Assembly (NCBI GenBank): GCA_038231275.1
Contig: JBBRLQ010000003.1
Span: 108,340 to 172,339, forward strand
DNA from: Polyangiales bacterium
GTDB lineage: Bacteria; Myxococcota_A; Polyangia; Polyangiales; Polyangiaceae
Length of the DNA: 64,000 bases
Direction of reading: 5' to 3'
Positions 22,481-30,989 of the stretch are shown here, piece after piece (within the stretch, counting starts at the first letter, position 1; every line of letters begins with the position of its first letter). Under the pieces are notes generated by a model. That model saw only the letters and a list, made by a program, of their open reading frames with translations, was not told where the DNA came from and made no database searches. A program made the position numbers and the translations under genes.

Positions 22481-24538
22481 ATGCCCCGTCGCCCGCTCGC
22501 TGCCGTGCTCGTCCTCGGCCTCGGTCCCGCCCTCGCTGCCACGTCCGTCACGGCCTGCGCCCCCGACAAGCCGCCGGTCACGGTCATCGCACCGCCGGTC
22601 TCGCAGGTGCCGCCGTCGATGCAGCCCGAGCCGGCAACCGCCACGTCGCGCCCACCCGAGAAGGGGTACTCGGGCCACGGCGCCGAGAGTCTCTCGCCGG
22701 AGGTGATTGCGAAATTCGCGCCGCCCGCGCTTCCTCCCGAGCTGTCGCGCAAGATTCAATCGATGCTCGACGTGCGCGCGCCGAGCTCCGGTGTCCTCTC
22801 GCCCGACGGCAAGCGCCTCTTCTTCACGTGGGCCGTCACCGGCGTATCGCACGTGTGGCGCCTCGACGGACCGCAGCGCTTCCCCGTGCAGATGACCGGC
22901 GGTGAGGACGCGACCGGCATCGCCGCGGTCTCGCCCGACGGCAAGTACATCGTCCTCTCGCGCGATCGCAAGGGAGAGGAGTACCCCGGCCTCTACCTCC
23001 AGAGCGTCGAGGGCGGTCCGCTCACGGCCATCCAGCACAAGCCCAAGGTGCAGACGATCCTCGGCTTCGTCGCCGACGACAGCAAGAGCATCTACTTCCG
23101 CGCGAACGACAAGAAGCCCGACGCGTACGCCATCTACAAGTACGACGTCGCGTCGAAGAAATCCGAGCTCGTCTTCGACGAGGACGGGCTCTGGAGCGTC
23201 GACGATCACCGGCCTGACGGGCGCATGCTGCTGGCCAAGCACACCGGCGGCTCGTCGGAGGAGTACTTCGAGCTCGAGCCCAAGACGAAGAAGCTGACGC
23301 CGCTCTTCGGCCAAGGCGAAAAAGAGGAGTACGAGGCCCGCTACGCGCGCGATCCGAACGAGGTCCTCGTCATCACGCGCAAGCTCGCCGATTTCTCGCG
23401 CCTGTACCGCTGGAGCGCGGGCAAGTTCACGCCGGTAACGCCTGAGATGGCGCACGACGTCGAGGGCTTCCGCGTCGATCGCGCACGCGATCACGTGTTC
23501 TACGAGACCAACGACGGGGGCTTCACGCGCCTCGGCGCGCTCGACGGCAAGACGTACAAAGAGGCCAAAATCCCGGCATTTCCTGGCGCCGACCACGTGA
23601 TCATCGCGTCGACGACGGACGACGGAAAGTACGCGGTGCTGAGCGTCGGGACGAGCAAGGCGCCGTCGCAGAGCCACGTGCTCGAGTGGTCGACTGGCAA
23701 GATCATGCAGTGGCACTTGCCGAGCGCGCCGGAGATCGAGACGACGCGCTTCGCCCCGGCCCTGCTCGAGAGCTACCCGGCGCGCGACGGCACCAAGATC
23801 CCGATGTTCGTCCGCAGGCCCGAGGGGTGCGACAAAGCGGCCGACCCGTGCCCGGTCATCGTGGCGTTTCACGGCGGCCCGGAGGGGCAGGCGCGCCCCG
23901 GCTTCAGCACGCGAGCGCAGATCTTCGTCGACGCGGGCTTCGTGTACGCCGAGCCCAACGTGCGCGGCAGCGAGGGCTACGGCAAGCGCTGGGCGCACGC
24001 CGACGACGGGCCCAAGCGCCTCGCCGTCATTACCGACATCGAGGACGCGTCGAAATTCGTCCGCGCGAGCTGGGCGAAAAACGGCAAGGCCCCCAAGGTC
24101 GGCATCTTTGGCGGGAGCTACGGCGGGTACGCAACGTTGGTCGGCATGACCATGTTCGCGGGCGCGTACGACGCCGGCGCGTCGGTCGTCGGGATCTCGA
24201 GCCTCGTCACGTTCCTCGAGAACACCGCCCCCTACCGCCGCGCGCTCCGCTCGAGCGAGTACGGCGAGCTCGAGAAGGATCACGACGCGCTCGTGAAGCT
24301 CTCGCCCATCACGTACATCGACAAAGTGCAGGCGCCCCTCATCGTGCTCCAGGGCGCGAACGATCCGCGCGTGCCGGCCGGCGAGGCCCTCCAGATCCGC
24401 GAGGCGCTCGAGGCGCGGCACGTCCCGAACACCCTCATCATCTTTCCCGACGAGGGCCACGGCTCGCAGCGCCGAGAGAACCGCGTCCTCGAGATCGGCC
24501 ACGTGCTGCAATTTTTCCAGACGTATCTGAAGCGGTAG
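22481..24538 (+). CDS. S9 family prolyl oligopeptidase/dipeptidyl aminopeptidase lipoprotein
   Basis: Lipobox (LAATSVTAC). N-terminal beta-propeller. C-terminal alpha/beta hydrolase with GGSYGG nucleophile motif and an Asp/His catalytic region. Confidence 0.85.
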   Translation: MPRRPLAAVLVLGLGPALAATSVTACAPDKPPVTVIAPPVSQVPPSMQPEPATATSRPPEKGYSGHGAESLSPEVIAKFAPPALPPELSRKIQSMLDVRAPSSGVLSPDGKRLFFTWAVTGVSHVWRLDGPQRFPVQMTGGEDATGIAAVSPDGKYIVLSRDRKGEEYPGLYLQSVEGGPLTAIQHKPKVQTILGFVADDSKSIYFRANDKKPDAYAIYKYDVASKKSELVFDEDGLWSVDDHRPDGRMLLAKHTGGSSEEYFELEPKTKKLTPLFGQGEKEEYEARYARDPNEVLVITRKLADFSRLYRWSAGKFTPVTPEMAHDVEGFRVDRARDHVFYETNDGGFTRLGALDGKTYKEAKIPAFPGADHVIIASTTDDGKYAVLSVGTSKAPSQSHVLEWSTGKIMQWHLPSAPEIETTRFAPALLESYPARDGTKIPMFVRRPEGCDKAADPCPVIVAFHGGPEGQARPGFSTRAQIFVDAGFVYAEPNVRGSEGYGKRWAHADDGPKRLAVITDIEDASKFVRASWAKNGKAPKVGIFGGSYGGYATLVGMTMFAGAYDAGASVVGISSLVTFLENTAPYRRALRSSEYGELEKDHDALVKLSPITYIDKVQAPLIVLQGANDPRVPAGEALQIREALEARHVPNTLIIFPDEGHGSQRRENRVLEIGHVLQFFQTYLKR

Positions 24539-24628
24539 AGCAGACGTCGTTCGAGCGCTGCGGGCAAACGACTGGAGCGACCCACGAGGCGCATCCACGC
24601 GGGGAAAGTCGGTGTATTCTCCGCGCCG

Positions 24629-25429
24629 ATGATCCCCCGCGCGCTCCCCTCCATCCTCTCGCTCGCTTCGCTCGTCGCCCTCGCGTCCCTCGTCGCGTGC
24701 GACGATCCCAAGAAGGACAACGTGCCCGACGCGAAGTCCTACGTCCTGCCGACCTCGCTCGCGCCAGTGATGCCTGCGCCGACCGCGTCGGCTCCGCCGC
24801 CCAAGAAGAAGGTGGAGTGCGGGGCGAGCGGCGATCCGGTCATCGCCGACAAGGCGCTCGAGACCGAGATCCGGAAGAAGCTCGCGAAGGACGGCGGGAC
24901 AATCACGAAGGCCGATCTCGCGTCGGTCAAATCGATCAACCTGACGAGCGCGGCAGTGAATGAGCTCGATCCGTGCGTCTTTCCGCTGCTGACGGGGATG
25001 AAGGATCTCTTCCTCGGCCCCGGAGATCTCGAGGATCTCACGCCGCTCTCCACGCTGTCCGGGCTCATGACGCTTCGCGCGGCGATCAACAAGGTGAGCG
25101 ACATCAAGGCGCTGTCAGGGCTAACCAAGATGGACCGACTCGATCTTGGCCGCACGCAGGTGATGGATCTGTCGCCGATCGGCAACATGACCGCGCTGAC
25201 CGAGCTTCAGCTCGACGAGACGCCGGTGAGCGATCTGTCACCGCTGCGCGCGTGCACGAAGCTCGAGAAGGTGTCGATCAAGCAGACGCGCGTGAAAGAT
25301 CTGACGCCGTTGAAGGACATGAAGAAGCTTCGGTTCCTCTATATCGAGGGCGCGCCCATCGACAACCCCGCGGTGCTCGATCCCTTGGTGAGCAGCGGCC
25401 TCCGCATCGTGCGGACTGGGAACAAGTAG
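24629..25429 (+). CDS. Leucine-rich-repeat (internalin-like) lipoprotein
   Basis: Lipobox (SLVAC). About 8 consecutive 22-residue LxxLxxLxxLxL repeats (LTPLSTLSGLMTLRAAINKVSDIKAL...). Confidence 0.75.
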   Translation: MIPRALPSILSLASLVALASLVACDDPKKDNVPDAKSYVLPTSLAPVMPAPTASAPPPKKKVECGASGDPVIADKALETEIRKKLAKDGGTITKADLASVKSINLTSAAVNELDPCVFPLLTGMKDLFLGPGDLEDLTPLSTLSGLMTLRAAINKVSDIKALSGLTKMDRLDLGRTQVMDLSPIGNMTALTELQLDETPVSDLSPLRACTKLEKVSIKQTRVKDLTPLKDMKKLRFLYIEGAPIDNPAVLDPLVSSGLRIVRTGNK

Positions 25430-25441
25430 CGCCGCTGTTTG

Positions 25442-26815
25442 TCAGCGCTGGGGGACGAACTTCACCGGCACGTCGATGACGGCCGAGCCGCCTTCGGGTT
25501 TCTCGAACTCGGCGGTCGCGACCTTGCGCTGGATGCACGACGCGACCTCGGGCGAGAGGCCGTTTTGCGCGACGATCGTGGCAGTGTCGACCTCGCCGGT
25601 CGCGCGGAGGCGGGCGCGGATGGTGACGTCGCCGGCCATCATGGGGTCTTTCTGGAGACCGAGCTCGTAGCAGCGGCGGAACGCGGGGCGAAGGGCGAGA
25701 ATGGTGCGCTCGGCGGAGGGGACGCGCGACATGGCGACCACCGGGTGCGCGTCGAAGGTGTAGTGCGGGCCGGGGGTGTCTTTGATGGCGACGTGATCGT
25801 TGCCATCCTTCTGTGTTTGGCCGACCACGCTCGCCAGATCGGTGCGGCGCGCGGACGGATCGATGGGGCTCGCGGTGTGGAGCGTGAGATCGCCGCCCGT
25901 CGCGATTGGCGCGTCGGCGCGGTCGAGCGAGACGGGGGGGATGTTGCTGCGCGCGAGCGCGGCGGCGAGGGCGCTGCTTCCAGGATCGGTCGTCGCGAGG
26001 AGATCGAGGCGCATGCGCTCGGCGGCCTCGACGAGACCGGCGTTGGGATCGCGCGCGGGGCGAGCGTCGCTGCGCCGGCCGTTCGGCGCAGGGCTCGGCG
26101 GAGCGTTCGTCGGCGTCGTGGCGGTCGTCGTCGCGACCGGAGTGGGCGGGGCCTTGTCGGGATCTTCGACGATCGGGGGCGGCATCGGGCGACTGATGTC
26201 GACGAGGCCCTGCACGGTGAACGACTCGTCGACGACGCGATCGCTCCAGTCCGAGTACATCGCGCCGACGACTCCGAAGTGGAGGAGGAAGCTCATCGCG
26301 ACGAGGATCGTCAGCGGCCAATCGACTGAGTCCACGAAGGTCTTCTGCACCGCGAGCGGCAGCATCGGACGCGCGGCGTGCGCCGGAGCCTCGACGAGCT
26401 GGAAGAGGAGCGTCGCGTCACCGATCGCGAGGCGCCCGCGCGCGTCGACGTCGAGGCGCACAGCGCTGCCGAGCGACGTCACGTCGCGGACGGCGCCGTC
26501 GATGGCGATCCGCCCGCGAAGGCCGGGCAGCGGATGCAGCGTGAAACGCCCATTTTTCTCGGTGAACAAGCGATGCGTGCGCGACAGCCCGGCGACCACG
26601 AACGACGCGTCCTCGGCCTCGCCGATCGACAGCGCGCCCGCCTTGAGGAGTCGCTCGTCGACGACGTTCCCGTCACGCACGAGTCCGACACGCAGCGCTT
26701 TCGGTCCGTGCTCGCGGACGGCGCGGGCGGCCGCGGCCCGCATCACCGCGGTCATCTGACCTAGCGGCGCGTTCGAACGTGCTTGCGTGGACTTGGACGT
26801 GGGCGCGGGGTGCAT
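25442..26815 (-). CDS. PglI/AgmX-like protein: N-terminal FHA-like domain, single TM helix, Pro/Thr-rich linker, AgmX/PglI-type C-terminal domain
   Basis: The domain order was read directly from the sequence. The C-terminal about 90 aa (CYELG...IVAQNGLSPEVASCIQRKVATAEF) match the myxobacterial AgmX/PglI tail as remembered. Start taken at the internal Met (MHPAPTS). Confidence 0.6.
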   Translation of the reverse strand: MHPAPTSKSTQARSNAPLGQMTAVMRAAAARAVREHGPKALRVGLVRDGNVVDERLLKAGALSIGEAEDASFVVAGLSRTHRLFTEKNGRFTLHPLPGLRGRIAIDGAVRDVTSLGSAVRLDVDARGRLAIGDATLLFQLVEAPAHAARPMLPLAVQKTFVDSVDWPLTILVAMSFLLHFGVVGAMYSDWSDRVVDESFTVQGLVDISRPMPPPIVEDPDKAPPTPVATTTATTPTNAPPSPAPNGRRSDARPARDPNAGLVEAAERMRLDLLATTDPGSSALAAALARSNIPPVSLDRADAPIATGGDLTLHTASPIDPSARRTDLASVVGQTQKDGNDHVAIKDTPGPHYTFDAHPVVAMSRVPSAERTILALRPAFRRCYELGLQKDPMMAGDVTIRARLRATGEVDTATIVAQNGLSPEVASCIQRKVATAEFEKPEGGSAVIDVPVKFVPQR

Positions 26816-26945
26816 GGTCTCCTCCAAAACGGGGACATCGACAGGGGTCGACGTGTGAGACCGCGCCGCGCGCGCGAAGTTCCCGCAAAGCGCGGGGACC
26901 ATGCACCTACATGAGGAGCGTCCTACATGAGGAGCATCCTGAGAG

Positions 26946-27698
26946 TTACTTCTTCCACAGGGCGATGCCGCCCAGGAGGCCCGCGATGTTCTCGGTGACC
27001 TTCACGTTGGAGGGCAGCTTCAGCTTCAGGTGCTTCGCGTTTCCGCCGCCGAGGAAAATCTGGCGCGGGTTCCAGATCGGGTTCACCTGCGCGATGACCT
27101 GACCGACGCGCTTGTTCCACTTCTTCTTCCCGACGTCGTCGAGGGCCTTCGCGCCGACGTACTCCTCGTACGTCTTGCCCTTCTTGAAGGGATGGTGCGC
27201 AAGCTCCAAGTTGGGCACGTACGTCCCGTTGACGAAGAGCGCGCAGCCGAGCCCCGTGCCGAGCGTGAGGACCATCTCGACGCCGTGGCCTTCGATGACG
27301 CCGTAGCCTTGGACGCCCGCGTCGTTCAAGACGCGCACGGGCCTTCGCGTGTGCGACGCGAGCGTGCCTGCGAGATCGAAGCCGGCCCACTTCGGGTGCA
27401 GGTTCGGCGCGGTCTTGGTGACGCCGTCGACGACGACGCCGGGAAATCCCACGCTCACGCGATCGAAATCGCCGAGCGGCTCGATGAGGCCGATGAGCTT
27501 GCGGAGGATGGCGTTCGGCGTCGCGGGCCGCGGCGTCTCGACGCGCGCGCGCTCGGTCAATGCTTCTCCGGCGGCGCCGAGGACCAGGGCCTTCAAGCCC
27601 GTGCCTCCGACGTCGATGCAGAGGGTTCGCGTTCCGGGACCGGTCTTGGTGGGCGCGACGCGGAGGCTCTTGGCGCGCTTGGGCGGGGTTCGTGCCAT
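26946..27698 (-). CDS. ppgK: Polyphosphate glucokinase (ROK family)
   Basis: ROK/PPGK motifs (LCIDVGGTGLK, GVIEGHGVEMVLTLGTGLGCALF). Start taken at the Met 250 aa from the stop. Confidence 0.8.
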   Translation of the reverse strand: MARTPPKRAKSLRVAPTKTGPGTRTLCIDVGGTGLKALVLGAAGEALTERARVETPRPATPNAILRKLIGLIEPLGDFDRVSVGFPGVVVDGVTKTAPNLHPKWAGFDLAGTLASHTRRPVRVLNDAGVQGYGVIEGHGVEMVLTLGTGLGCALFVNGTYVPNLELAHHPFKKGKTYEEYVGAKALDDVGKKKWNKRVGQVIAQVNPIWNPRQIFLGGGNAKHLKLKLPSNVKVTENIAGLLGGIALWKK

Positions 27699-27727
27699 CG
27701 GGCGAGTGTACAGGCTATCGTTGCCGC

Positions 27728-29593
27728 GTGGTGCGGAGCTGGAGCCTCGTCCTCTCCCTCGTGGTGGCGGGCGTCGTCGCCTGCGGCGCTCCTTCCAGGG
27801 CGCCTTCCCAGGCGCAATCGCTAGGGCGCGCCGCGTCGGCCGCCCCAGGCGCACGCGGAATCGTCTCGAGCAACGTTCGTCGCGTCGACTATGCCGGCTC
27901 CGCCGCGTGCGCAGGTTGCCATGCGGACCTTGCACGCGCGTTCGCGGCGTCGCCGATGCACACGATGACGCGCGCGATCGACGGCGCGGTCGTCCACGCT
28001 CCCTTCGACGGGACCGTCTTTCGCTTCAACGACGAGACGGTGACGCTCGACACGCGCGCTGGCGCGCGATGGGTTCACGTCGACACCGCCGAACGAGCGC
28101 GCCAGAGCTACCGCGTCACGCGCGTCATCGGCGGACGCGTCCGCGAGGATTTCGCCGGCGCGATCGGCGACGGCGGCGAGGAACGTGTTCTCCCGGTCTC
28201 GTACCTCATTGCGAAGAAGACGCTCCGCTACAAGGGCTACTCCGTCATGGTCCGCGAGCGCAGCCACCTCGCTGACGGCGCCGTGTGGAACCAGACCTGC
28301 ATTTTCTGTCACAACACGAGCCCGATGCTCCTCTCGGTCATGGGCGCCGTCGTGGCGCGACCGGCGTCTTACCAAGGCGTGCAGGTCGATCGGCTGCTTC
28401 CATCCGAGCGTCGCTGGTCGTACGAGATCACCGACGAGCGCGCCTTCTCGCGCGCGATCTCCGCAGAAATTAGGGCGATCGGCGGCGAGGTGGACGACGC
28501 GTCGCCGAAGCGCGCGGCCGCGCAGGGCATCACCGAGACGCGCGCCCGCTTTCGCGCGAAAGATCTCGTCGAGCTTGGGATTGGATGCGAAGCGTGCCAC
28601 GGGGGCAGCGCCGAGCACGTGAAGGCGCCGGGAGTTCGTCCGACGTTCCTTCCGACGAGCCCCTTCGTACGCGTGCGCGAAGGGACGACGCGCGCCGAGC
28701 AGATCTCCCACGCGTGCGCGCGCTGCCATCAAGTCCTCTTCTCGCGGTACCCATGGACGTGGGAAGGCGGCCGTCGCGATGGCCAGCGCCTCGGAGGAAG
28801 CAACATCAACTCCGGCGAGGCGCGCGACATGCTCCTCGGTGGCTGCGCGAAGGGCCTCGCGTGCCCCGCCTGCCACGATCCGCACGCGAAGGACGACCAC
28901 GCGCGCGAGCGGGCGATCGAGAAGCCCTCCGGAAACGGCGTGTGCACCGGCTGCCACGCCGCGTACGCGACGAAGGACGCCCTCGCGAAGCACGCGCATC
29001 ACTCGCCCGACGGCGCGGCCGGCGCCTGCATCGCCTGCCACATGCCCAAGAAGAACATGAGCCTCGCCTCAGGTCTCACCCGCTACCACCGCATCGGCTC
29101 GCCCACAGATCCGATGCGCGTCATGCTCGACCGCCCGCTCGAGTGCGCGCTCTGCCACGCGGACAAATCCGTCGAGCAGGTGGCAACCGACATGGAACGC
29201 CTCTGGGGCAAGCACTACGAGCGCGAGACCCTTCGTGCGCTCTACGGCGGGCTCGAAGTGAATGTGCTGCTCGCCACCGCCGCGCTCGGCAAGCCCCACG
29301 AACAGGCCGTTGCGCTCTTCGTCCTCGCCGAAAAAAAGCGGGCCGACGCCGCTCCCGTCGCGCTCGCAGCGCTGTCCCATCGTTATCCCCTAGTGCGCGA
29401 GTACGCCCGCGACGCGCTCCAATCGATCCTCGGCCGCGCCTGTCCAGTGGACGTGTACCAACCGGCCGATCGAGTCCGGGCCGCGGCCAAAAAATGCGGG
29501 GAATTTTCCCTTATCGCGCCTCTTCCGGCACAACATCACCATGAAGGCACCCCCGAACCGCCCCGCGACGACGCCGACGACGGCGAGGACTGA
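27728..29593 (+). CDS. Multiheme c-type cytochrome lipoprotein
   Basis: At least 8 CxxCH haem-binding motifs (CAGCH, CIFCH, CEACH, CARCH, CPACH, CTGCH, CIACH, CALCH). Signal peptide and lipobox (VVAGVVAC). GTG start at 27728. Confidence 0.8.
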   Translation: MVRSWSLVLSLVVAGVVACGAPSRAPSQAQSLGRAASAAPGARGIVSSNVRRVDYAGSAACAGCHADLARAFAASPMHTMTRAIDGAVVHAPFDGTVFRFNDETVTLDTRAGARWVHVDTAERARQSYRVTRVIGGRVREDFAGAIGDGGEERVLPVSYLIAKKTLRYKGYSVMVRERSHLADGAVWNQTCIFCHNTSPMLLSVMGAVVARPASYQGVQVDRLLPSERRWSYEITDERAFSRAISAEIRAIGGEVDDASPKRAAAQGITETRARFRAKDLVELGIGCEACHGGSAEHVKAPGVRPTFLPTSPFVRVREGTTRAEQISHACARCHQVLFSRYPWTWEGGRRDGQRLGGSNINSGEARDMLLGGCAKGLACPACHDPHAKDDHARERAIEKPSGNGVCTGCHAAYATKDALAKHAHHSPDGAAGACIACHMPKKNMSLASGLTRYHRIGSPTDPMRVMLDRPLECALCHADKSVEQVATDMERLWGKHYERETLRALYGGLEVNVLLATAALGKPHEQAVALFVLAEKKRADAAPVALAALSHRYPLVREYARDALQSILGRACPVDVYQPADRVRAAAKKCGEFSLIAPLPAQHHHEGTPEPPRDDADDGED

Positions 29594-29596
29594 ACG

Positions 29597-30862
29597 GTGG
29601 TACCGTCACGGTCAGGTGGGATGGCGATGAGGTTTCTGTACGGCGATTCGAGCCCGTTTCCGCTGCAGTACAACTTCCTGCAGACCCTCGAGGTCTTCAT
29701 GGCGTCGGGGACTCGCATCGTCGAGCTCGACGCCCAATCGCGCCGCGCGCAGACGCAGATCGGCGAGAGCTCGAACATGCGCGTGCGGGGGGTCGAAGCG
29801 CTCGACAACTTCCACCAGGCCGTCATGCGCGCGCTCAGGGACACGTCATCCCGCGCGACCGACAGCCTCACCGTCGACTACGCCCAGCAGCTCTCCGAGT
29901 ACGCCAACCGAATCGTCGAGGGGGCGCGCGCGCAGGCCACGTCGGCCACCGAGCGCGAGCTCGCGCAGGCCAACGCCGAGACCGAGCGCCGCCGGGTGGA
30001 AATCCGCGGCGCGATCGAAGCGTTCTTCAAGGTCGCGAAGCTGCCGGTCCTCGGCGCCACGATCGCGATGCGCCTCCCGCTCGCCAAAGAGCCCACGCAC
30101 GAGATGAGCGCCGTCATCTCGTTCGCGGAGGGCATCGTCGTCGGCTACACGCTCGTCGGCGACGCGCTCCCCGAGTGGCGCCACCCGCGAAAAATCAGCG
30201 AGTTCGCGCAAGGCATCAACCTCATGGTGGGCGCCAAGAAGAGCTGGTTCAAGAAGAGCGTCCAGCCGGAGCTGGTCGCCCTCGACGACCACATCTTGAG
30301 CGGCTTCGAGCTCTCGGACGACGCGGCGTTCCTCCGTCTCCGCAAGCGCCCCGAGCTGCCCGACGCGTACCTCTTCACGGTCCGCCGCGTCGACACGAAC
30401 CTCCTCGCGGAGGTCCAGTACGTCGACGATCCGGAGGCCCAGGGCCAGATGCCGACCGCCGTCGACGCCGGTGACCGCGTGCACCTCGAGCGCCTCTGGC
30501 AAATCCTGAGGAAGAGCGTCAACCCCGCCCTCGAGCACAAGACGCGCGTGGTCTCGATCCACCTCGACGGCGAAGAGATCTTCGCGAGCGACAAGGTCCT
30601 CGCCCTCGTCACGCGCCTCATCAAGATGCTCGCGCCGACGGTCGCCGAGATCGCGCGCCGCAGCCCGAACCAGCAAGAGCTGTCGCTCAAGATCGAGCAC
30701 GACGGCGGCCGTCGCGAAGAGATCTACGTGAAGAAGCAGGATCTCGTCGCCAAGCTCATCCCCCTCGCGCCGCCGGAGATCCAGGTCTTCGCCCCGCTCG
30801 CGCTGGGCCAGGCGGAGCCGTCGGTGATCACCACGATCCCGACGATCTCCACGGAAGACTGA
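29597..30862 (+). CDS. Hypothetical cytoplasmic protein immediately upstream of the MVP homologue
   Basis: 421-aa ORF with good coding look and no recognisable domains. Alternative starts at 29621 and 29627. Confidence 0.55.
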   Translation: MVPSRSGGMAMRFLYGDSSPFPLQYNFLQTLEVFMASGTRIVELDAQSRRAQTQIGESSNMRVRGVEALDNFHQAVMRALRDTSSRATDSLTVDYAQQLSEYANRIVEGARAQATSATERELAQANAETERRRVEIRGAIEAFFKVAKLPVLGATIAMRLPLAKEPTHEMSAVISFAEGIVVGYTLVGDALPEWRHPRKISEFAQGINLMVGAKKSWFKKSVQPELVALDDHILSGFELSDDAAFLRLRKRPELPDAYLFTVRRVDTNLLAEVQYVDDPEAQGQMPTAVDAGDRVHLERLWQILRKSVNPALEHKTRVVSIHLDGEEIFASDKVLALVTRLIKMLAPTVAEIARRSPNQQELSLKIEHDGGRREEIYVKKQDLVAKLIPLAPPEIQVFAPLALGQAEPSVITTIPTISTED

Positions 30863-30938
30863 CGCCGGTTCGTTTCGGAGCGACCGCGCGAAAATCGAGC
30901 GCCTCGCGCGCCGGTGGAACGCCCGAAAAATAGGCCTA

Positions 30939-30960
30939 TTGGCGCGGCACGGCGCGTGCT
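30939..30960 (+). promoter_or_regulatory. Candidate sigma54 (-24/-12) promoter upstream of MVP homologue
   Basis: cGGCACGgcgcGTGCt resembles TGGCACG-N4-TTGCW, with the GG and GC elements correctly spaced. It lies about 30 bp upstream of the MVP ATG. A GGAAGGAG ribosome-binding site follows at 30972-30979. Confidence 0.25.
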
Positions 30961-30989
30961 CCTCGGGACGGGGAAGGAGCACTCATCGC

